NCBI GenBank assembly: GCA_947501605.1
Contig: CANMWZ010000011.1
Coordinates: 26,005-90,004, forward strand
From: Planctomycetota bacterium
GTDB taxonomy: Bacteria; Planctomycetota; UBA1135; UBA2386
Reading direction: 5' to 3'
DNA length: 64,000 bases
This document shows positions 58,847 through 64,000 of the stretch, piece after piece; position 1 is the stretch's first letter; each line of letters opens with the position of its first letter. Both the position numbers and the translations under genes were made by a program. The notes under the pieces are model-generated. The model saw nothing but the letters and a program-made list of their open reading frames with translations, was not told where the DNA came from and searched no databases.

Positions 58847-60712
58847 ATGACCCTCCCCCTTCACCGCACGGCAACGTTCCTCCTGCTGTCGAGCGCGCTC
58901 GCAGCCCAGATCCCGGAAGATCCGCCACCGTGGTGGGGCTACGGCGGCGACGACGAGACGGTCAGCCTGTACTGGGACTTCGCCAACTCCGTGGCGCCGC
59001 TGGTGCCGACCGCGCAGGTACTGCCAAGCTGGTACGCCCCGCCGCCTGGCCCAGGCATGTTCACCAACTCAGGCAACGTCACCTGGGTCGCCCAAGTGAA
59101 CGGCCAGAGTGGCGTGCTCGGCCTCACGGGTGCGGGCTCTGGCACCATCTCGGCGCTCGTCGACAACGATCCGCAGCCGACCCACACCAAGACGGTGTTC
59201 CTGCAGTACGACTCGTTCGCCAGCAACGGCAGCGCGGTCAAGCTCACCCTGGGCAAGGACCTGCTGAAGTACAAACGACGCATCCTCGACGAGTCGAGCA
59301 AGGTGCTCGGCAACGGCTGGGTCCAAACCACCGTGAAGATGGAACTGACGCCGCAGCCTGACAGCGAGGTGGTGAGCTTCTCGCTCTTCCAGTCCGCCAC
59401 AGGCCTAGCCGCCATCGACAACCTCTACGTCAATACCCACTGCGACAAGTGGGATGGCGGCAAGGAGGGCGAAGCGATCGGGGAGATCGACACGGGCTCG
59501 CTCAACATCGACCTCGGCACCGCGACCGCCGGCGCCCAATGCACGGCGGTAGCCGCGACCGAGAACCTCGCCGGCGTTCTCACGTACTGGGTCGCAGGCC
59601 GTGGCACATCGGGGGACCAACTCTTCGTACTCGGCGCCGCCGGCACGCAGGTCTCTGCACCGGTGAGTTATCCGGCCGGTGTGTCCTCACTCGAAGGCGC
59701 CTCCGACCTCGCGGTCGCCGAGATCCCGAACCCGTTGGGCACTGCGCAGACCTTCGTCTATGGCATCGTCGATCGCCGCGGCACCAACGGCACCGTTGCG
59801 ATCTTCGCGGTCGATGCGAACAGCCCGACCCCGGTACTGGTTCCAGCGCGAACCGTGGTTACGGCGGCGATCACGGGCCCGGGCCCGCTCGGCCTCGCCT
59901 TCTCCCGATTCGGCAATGGCGGTCTTGGTTCGCTGTGGGTGAGTGACCAGAACGGCTTCGTCACCGAACTCACGCTCACCGGCCTGCCGGTGCGACAACT
60001 CTCGCCGGCGCTGAACGGCACGCCAGTCGGCATCTCGGGGGCTGCGTTCGACGACAAGACGGGTCAGTTCTACTGGTTCAGCCAGGCGCCGCGCGCGACC
60101 CCGGCGGGCCTGCTGCGCATCAACGGGTTCGTCCACGACGGCTACTCGCTGCAGCGCACCGGGATCGAATGGATCGCCGACCGCAGCCTCGCGAGCCCCT
60201 TTGGCCCGGGCGGCGTGGCCCGCGGCCTGGAAGTGCTGCGGCGCAGCAACGGCGACGTGCGCCTTCTGTGCGTACAGCAGCTCGGGGTGTCCTCCCGGCT
60301 CACGGTCCTGAAGGGCCCCTTCCAGTTCGGCCTCGGTCATCTCGGTCGAATGGACATGCGCGGTGGTCTGCCCGCGTTCGGCAACGTCAACTTCCAGGCG
60401 CACCTAAGCGGCTGCCCCACCGCGGTAGCGGCCATCCTCTACCTCGGCTTCTCCAACACATTGACCGGCGGCGTGCCGCTGCCGATCGACCTGACTCCTC
60501 TGGGTCTCGACGAGAGCGATCTCGCGATCGATCCGGCCATGTCGTTCCCGCTGCAATTCTTCGCCAACGGCACTACCTCGCAACCGATCCCGCTGCCGCC
60601 GCCGAGCATCGTGTTCCAGAACGTCCCGGCGTACTTCCAATGGCTCGTGCTCGATCCGACAGCGATCACGGGCATGGCCACCTCACAGGCCGGCGAGACG
60701 ATCCTCTACTGA
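58847..60712 (+). CDS. Secreted hypothetical protein (beta-propeller-like middle) carrying the shared C-terminal module
   Basis: Signal MTLPLHRTATFLLLSSALAAQ. Starts 26 nt after the kinase stop. C-terminus: LYLGFSNTLTGGVPLPIDLTPLGLDESD...YFQWLVLDPTAITGMATS..ILY. Confidence 0.7.
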   Translation: MTLPLHRTATFLLLSSALAAQIPEDPPPWWGYGGDDETVSLYWDFANSVAPLVPTAQVLPSWYAPPPGPGMFTNSGNVTWVAQVNGQSGVLGLTGAGSGTISALVDNDPQPTHTKTVFLQYDSFASNGSAVKLTLGKDLLKYKRRILDESSKVLGNGWVQTTVKMELTPQPDSEVVSFSLFQSATGLAAIDNLYVNTHCDKWDGGKEGEAIGEIDTGSLNIDLGTATAGAQCTAVAATENLAGVLTYWVAGRGTSGDQLFVLGAAGTQVSAPVSYPAGVSSLEGASDLAVAEIPNPLGTAQTFVYGIVDRRGTNGTVAIFAVDANSPTPVLVPARTVVTAAITGPGPLGLAFSRFGNGGLGSLWVSDQNGFVTELTLTGLPVRQLSPALNGTPVGISGAAFDDKTGQFYWFSQAPRATPAGLLRINGFVHDGYSLQRTGIEWIADRSLASPFGPGGVARGLEVLRRSNGDVRLLCVQQLGVSSRLTVLKGPFQFGLGHLGRMDMRGGLPAFGNVNFQAHLSGCPTAVAAILYLGFSNTLTGGVPLPIDLTPLGLDESDLAIDPAMSFPLQFFANGTTSQPIPLPPPSIVFQNVPAYFQWLVLDPTAITGMATSQAGETILY

Positions 60713-60786
60713 TCCCATCGGTAAAGGCGACGGACTGCGGACGGACACGCACCACCCCGCCCACGGATGCGAGGCTCGCGACCGCC

Positions 60787-61698
60787 TCAGCGGCCGCCGT
60801 CAGGTCTTTGGGGATCTGAAGGCTTCTGCGGCTCGGAAGGCCGTGCCGCCTCGGCAGGCCCTTTCGGCACTGCGAGCTTCGCTTCGGCGGCAAGCCGCGC
60901 TTCGCGCTGCTGCACAAGCTCAGGCTTGTGCTTGTGGAACGTGAACTGCACCTCGGTGCCACGCGCCGGCACGTTCTCGGTCAGGGTCCAGTTCTCGTCA
61001 TCGCGCGCCCGCTCGTGCTTCATCGTGCCGAGATGATTGTCCGGCGTGAGGTAGCACAAGCTCACGATGTTGCCCTCGAAGTCGGCCACGTAGACCTCAG
61101 GTTCGTTGCGATAGAGGGGGGCCATGCGACCGCCGAGGAAGATCCACTGCGCATTCGCAAGCGGTGCCTGCGCCGTCAGGTCGGCAACGAGGTCTTCGAT
61201 GCAGTGCACCACCGGCTTGCCCTGGTCGTCCTTCCACGTCACGGTCATGAAGAACTCCTGGCCGGCGGGCGGTGTAATCTCGATCGGATCAGCGCCCTTT
61301 TCGATCTCCTCTAGAGACGGTGGCGGGGTCTTTTCGCGGAAGGTCGCGTTCTTGCCGGGCTCGAGCCCGAGCAGCAGCAACGCCGCATTGAGGATGCTCG
61401 GTTTGCTGTCGGTGAAGAACAGTGCCTCGTGCTTCTTACCCTTGCGATGGATGAGCAGGTACTCGATCGCGTCGGGAGGCGCGATGACCACGGCAGGCAC
61501 CGTGACCGTGCCGGCCTTCAGGTCGATCGCGATCTTCTCCTTGGCGAACTGAGCCTGGATGTCGCCTGCGAGTTGCTGGCCTTCGGCAGCAGCGGCGGAC
61601 TTCGGCAGCGCCGGCACTGGTTTCTGGTCCTGCCCAATGCAGCACGACGCACAACTCACGAACACGAACGAGAGGACAGCAGGCAGTGAAGTCATCAT
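60787..61698 (-). CDS. Secreted hypothetical protein
   Basis: ATG at 61698 overlaps the upstream gene's TGA (ATGA). Signal MMTSLPAVLSFVFVSCASC. Well-mixed composition. Lys/Pro-rich C-terminal tail. Confidence 0.6.
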   Translation of the reverse strand: MMTSLPAVLSFVFVSCASCCIGQDQKPVPALPKSAAAAEGQQLAGDIQAQFAKEKIAIDLKAGTVTVPAVVIAPPDAIEYLLIHRKGKKHEALFFTDSKPSILNAALLLLGLEPGKNATFREKTPPPSLEEIEKGADPIEITPPAGQEFFMTVTWKDDQGKPVVHCIEDLVADLTAQAPLANAQWIFLGGRMAPLYRNEPEVYVADFEGNIVSLCYLTPDNHLGTMKHERARDDENWTLTENVPARGTEVQFTFHKHKPELVQQREARLAAEAKLAVPKGPAEAARPSEPQKPSDPQRPDGGR

Positions 61699-63986
61699 CG
61701 GAGGGTCTTCCACAGGGATTCGATCGAGGTCAAGGTGGCGGCATCGCGGCCGGCCAGCTCGCGCGCGTCCAGCAAGCGTTGTCGCGCAGCAGCGGCGTCG
61801 CCGCGTTGCTGTGCCTCGTGGGCAGCGTAGAGAAAGGGCGCGGCCGCGAGTGCAGCATGCGCGTCGATGCCCATGAATGGATCACGCACGCCGAGGTGGA
61901 TGCGCACGTCGACGGCGGCCTCAGCGTCGAGCAACAGATGCGAGAACGCCGAGCGCGCGGCCGTCGCCGCTTCGGCATGGCGCTGCTGCGCAGCAAGGTC
62001 TTGCGCGAGGTAGTAGGAAGCCGGGCCGACGCCTGCATTGGCTCGATCCTCGATTGCCAGCACCAGCCCAGCGGTCGCACAACCAACGGCAACGCGGAGA
62101 TGCGGATCGGCTTGCAACGCTGTCCACAAGAACAAGAAGCGCTGGCGCAGCAGGCCCGAGGTGTCGTTGGTGGCCGCAAGTTCGCGCGCGTGTCCGCAGA
62201 TGGCGATCGCGCGCTGCGGGTGGCGACGCAGGTGCGCGGCAATGCCCGCCACCAAAGGGAACCCGGCGCGACCGTCGCCGAACTGCTCGGCGCGCAGACG
62301 TTCGCGATCGTCGCGGCGCGGCGCGGTGAACAGCAGCCACTGCAGCAGGCTCGCGTCTTCGTCCGTCAAGGGCGAGTGCAGCGACGACATCGCCGCGTAC
62401 GAGAATGCCTCCTCGGCAGCGGCGTCGACGGCAGGGCTCGCCTGCTGCTCCGCGACGAGCGCCGCGCGTTGCGGCCCGCGCATCAGCGCTTCGAACGCCG
62501 CCTCGCGGACCTCGAGAATCGCGGCCGAGCGGCGAACGCGCACAAGCGCGGCGCTGGCTTCGGGCAGCGGGCAGAGCGACAGCCACAGCAGCAGTTCGAT
62601 GCGCGTCTCGTCCTCGGTGGCAACATCGAGTTGCACCAGCAGTGCGCGCCAGCCGGCCTCGTCCAACAGCGGCCACGCGAGCCGCGCCCGTCGCGCCAAC
62701 GACGCTGCCAGGGTGCCCGCGACGGCGACGACTTCGTCGGCAGGGGCGCGTTCGCCGCGCTCGGCAAGCAGCAGCAAGATCATGCGCCGCAGCTCGCGAT
62801 CGGGCTCCAGTCCGTCGGAAGGCGTCCGCTGCAACAACAGCCGCAACTTGGAGGCTCCTACCGGGTCCTTGCGATGCGCCAAATGTTCGCACACTGCAAC
62901 GAGCCGCCGACTCTCGCTCGCCGCCAACTCGAGCGCCATTTCAACGGCTGCATCGCCCGACTGGGCGAGTACGCGCAGCGCCGTGTCGTACACTGCGTCT
63001 TCGCCGGAGACTCTCGCCCGCAGGCTCTGCGCCAGTTGGATCACGCGAGCGTCGAGATGCGGTGACAGTTGACGCCGCTGCTGAACGAGGCACGACAACG
63101 CCCGCAGAGCCTCGCCGTAGAACGCCTTGTCCTGAGTCAGTTGCTCATCGATCACTGCATCCGGCATGCCACGCAGGGGTCGATCGAACAGGCGACGCCA
63201 GCGATCGGCGCCGCCGACACGCGCGAAGTCGACCATCTCCGGCACGTAGACCGCGGCTTCGAGCAAAGCCTCGAAAGCGGCGACCGCCAGCACCTGCGCC
63301 CCTGCGTCGGCTTGGTTGGCGATCGCAACTCGGAGTATTGCCGCGGCGCGGGCGCGACGTTCGTCGGTGACGAGCCATGGGCCACAGCGGCGCACCCAGC
63401 TAGGTGGCAGCACTTCGTTGCGATCGAGGCTGCTCACGAGGCGAGCCTCGAACTCCGGATCGTGCCGCCGACTGAGGAAGTCGACGATGCCGTCAGCGAC
63501 TTCTGACTCGAGGGTCAGCGATAGGCTGAGCAGTTGTCGCACACCTTTTGGCGACAGCCGCTCGAACACGGGCAGCACGCGCGCGAGCGGCACTCCGCTC
63601 TGCAAGTGGCCATGCACAGTGGTCACCAACTGATCGGCCATCGCCGGCTCGAGACGTTGCACCACGAGGAGCGCCGCGCGGTCTTCGGTCGCGGCCAGTT
63701 CGCGCACGACGAAGTCCGCTTCTTGGCGCGAAAGCGGCGCGGTACGGGCCGCCAACGCAAGCACCCGTTCGAGGCCGCTCCCCGACTCGCAGCGCTCGGC
63801 CACCAGCGCGTCGAGCGACGGCCGCGGGGCAAGCGCAAGCTCGCCCAAGACGGCCACGGCGCACAGCTTGGAATGCGCGACGGCCAAACGGAGCTGGGGC
63901 GGCCAGTCGAGGATGGTGTGGCGCGCGATGCGAGCGGCGATCGCGCGCAGCGGTTCGCATTCGGCCGACAAAGCATCCGTGAGCAC
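61695..63986 (-). CDS. Large Ala/Leu-rich helical-repeat (HEAT/TPR-like) protein; 5' end may lie beyond the window
   Basis: 763-aa ORF, the longest in any frame here. Leu/Ala-rich helical sequence, versus Arg/Gln-rich products of the overlapping plus-strand ORFs. The first Met is 14 nt from the window edge. Confidence 0.55.
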   Translation of the reverse strand: MLTDALSAECEPLRAIAARIARHTILDWPPQLRLAVAHSKLCAVAVLGELALAPRPSLDALVAERCESGSGLERVLALAARTAPLSRQEADFVVRELAATEDRAALLVVQRLEPAMADQLVTTVHGHLQSGVPLARVLPVFERLSPKGVRQLLSLSLTLESEVADGIVDFLSRRHDPEFEARLVSSLDRNEVLPPSWVRRCGPWLVTDERRARAAAILRVAIANQADAGAQVLAVAAFEALLEAAVYVPEMVDFARVGGADRWRRLFDRPLRGMPDAVIDEQLTQDKAFYGEALRALSCLVQQRRQLSPHLDARVIQLAQSLRARVSGEDAVYDTALRVLAQSGDAAVEMALELAASESRRLVAVCEHLAHRKDPVGASKLRLLLQRTPSDGLEPDRELRRMILLLLAERGERAPADEVVAVAGTLAASLARRARLAWPLLDEAGWRALLVQLDVATEDETRIELLLWLSLCPLPEASAALVRVRRSAAILEVREAAFEALMRGPQRAALVAEQQASPAVDAAAEEAFSYAAMSSLHSPLTDEDASLLQWLLFTAPRRDDRERLRAEQFGDGRAGFPLVAGIAAHLRRHPQRAIAICGHARELAATNDTSGLLRQRFLFLWTALQADPHLRVAVGCATAGLVLAIEDRANAGVGPASYYLAQDLAAQQRHAEAATAARSAFSHLLLDAEAAVDVRIHLGVRDPFMGIDAHAALAAAPFLYAAHEAQQRGDAAAARQRLLDARELAGRDAATLTSIESLWKTLR

Positions 63987-64000
63987 GGCGATGTCGAGCG

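Noticed and set aside
61686-63072. Plus-strand ORFs of 459 and 344 aa
   Set aside because: Their Arg/Gln/Ser-rich products overlap the longer minus-strand Leu/Ala-rich helical-repeat ORF. A small sample of codon-position GC was ambiguous between the sense and antisense frames, so the choice rests on ORF length and composition.

Overview
GC-rich bacterial chromosomal segment (well above 60% G+C by eye, not computed), densely coding on both strands. I can support about 50 CDSs. I found no rRNA, tRNA, CRISPR array, transposase, integrase or phage genes. Most long ORFs in the six-frame track that lie antisense to these genes are GC-driven shadow ORFs with Arg/Pro/Ala-rich products.

Housekeeping content:
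- a compact minus-strand run purA-uppS-cdsA-phoH-ybeY
- lysA, a type-2 ileS, dinB and an RluA-family pseudouridine synthase
- a thiolase next to a domain-permuted aconitase-family enzyme, and a LeuB/TtuC-like dehydrogenase

Envelope, secretion and signalling content:
- two FG-GAP/ASPIC (CRTAC1-like) lipoproteins
- a PlpD-like patatin/Omp85 protein next to two small beta-barrel paralogs
- a MacB/FtsX-type ABC pair and an orphan prepilin-type gene
- an M48 peptidase and a reprolysin-like metalloprotease
- a FliA-like sigma factor
- a GAF-sigma54 activator coupled to an IscU-like protein
- an ECF sigma factor coupled to a membrane Ser/Thr kinase with WD40 repeats

The gene content is reminiscent of Planctomycetota- or Myxococcota-like lineages, but lineage cannot be established from this window.

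Most interesting observations:
1. A roughly 110-130 aa C-terminal module is shared by three otherwise unrelated secreted proteins. One of them sits directly downstream of the ECF-sigma/kinase pair.
2. A two-cysteine IscU-like ORF carrying an in-frame 15-bp tandem repeat is translationally coupled to the sigma54 activator.
3. A block-structured 9-bp intergenic tandem repeat of 13 units.
4. A tandem paralog pair in which the first copy is broken by a 1-nt frameshift at a C5 run.
5. An aconitase-family enzyme with swivel-first domain order.

All family calls come from motifs read by eye. No database search was possible.
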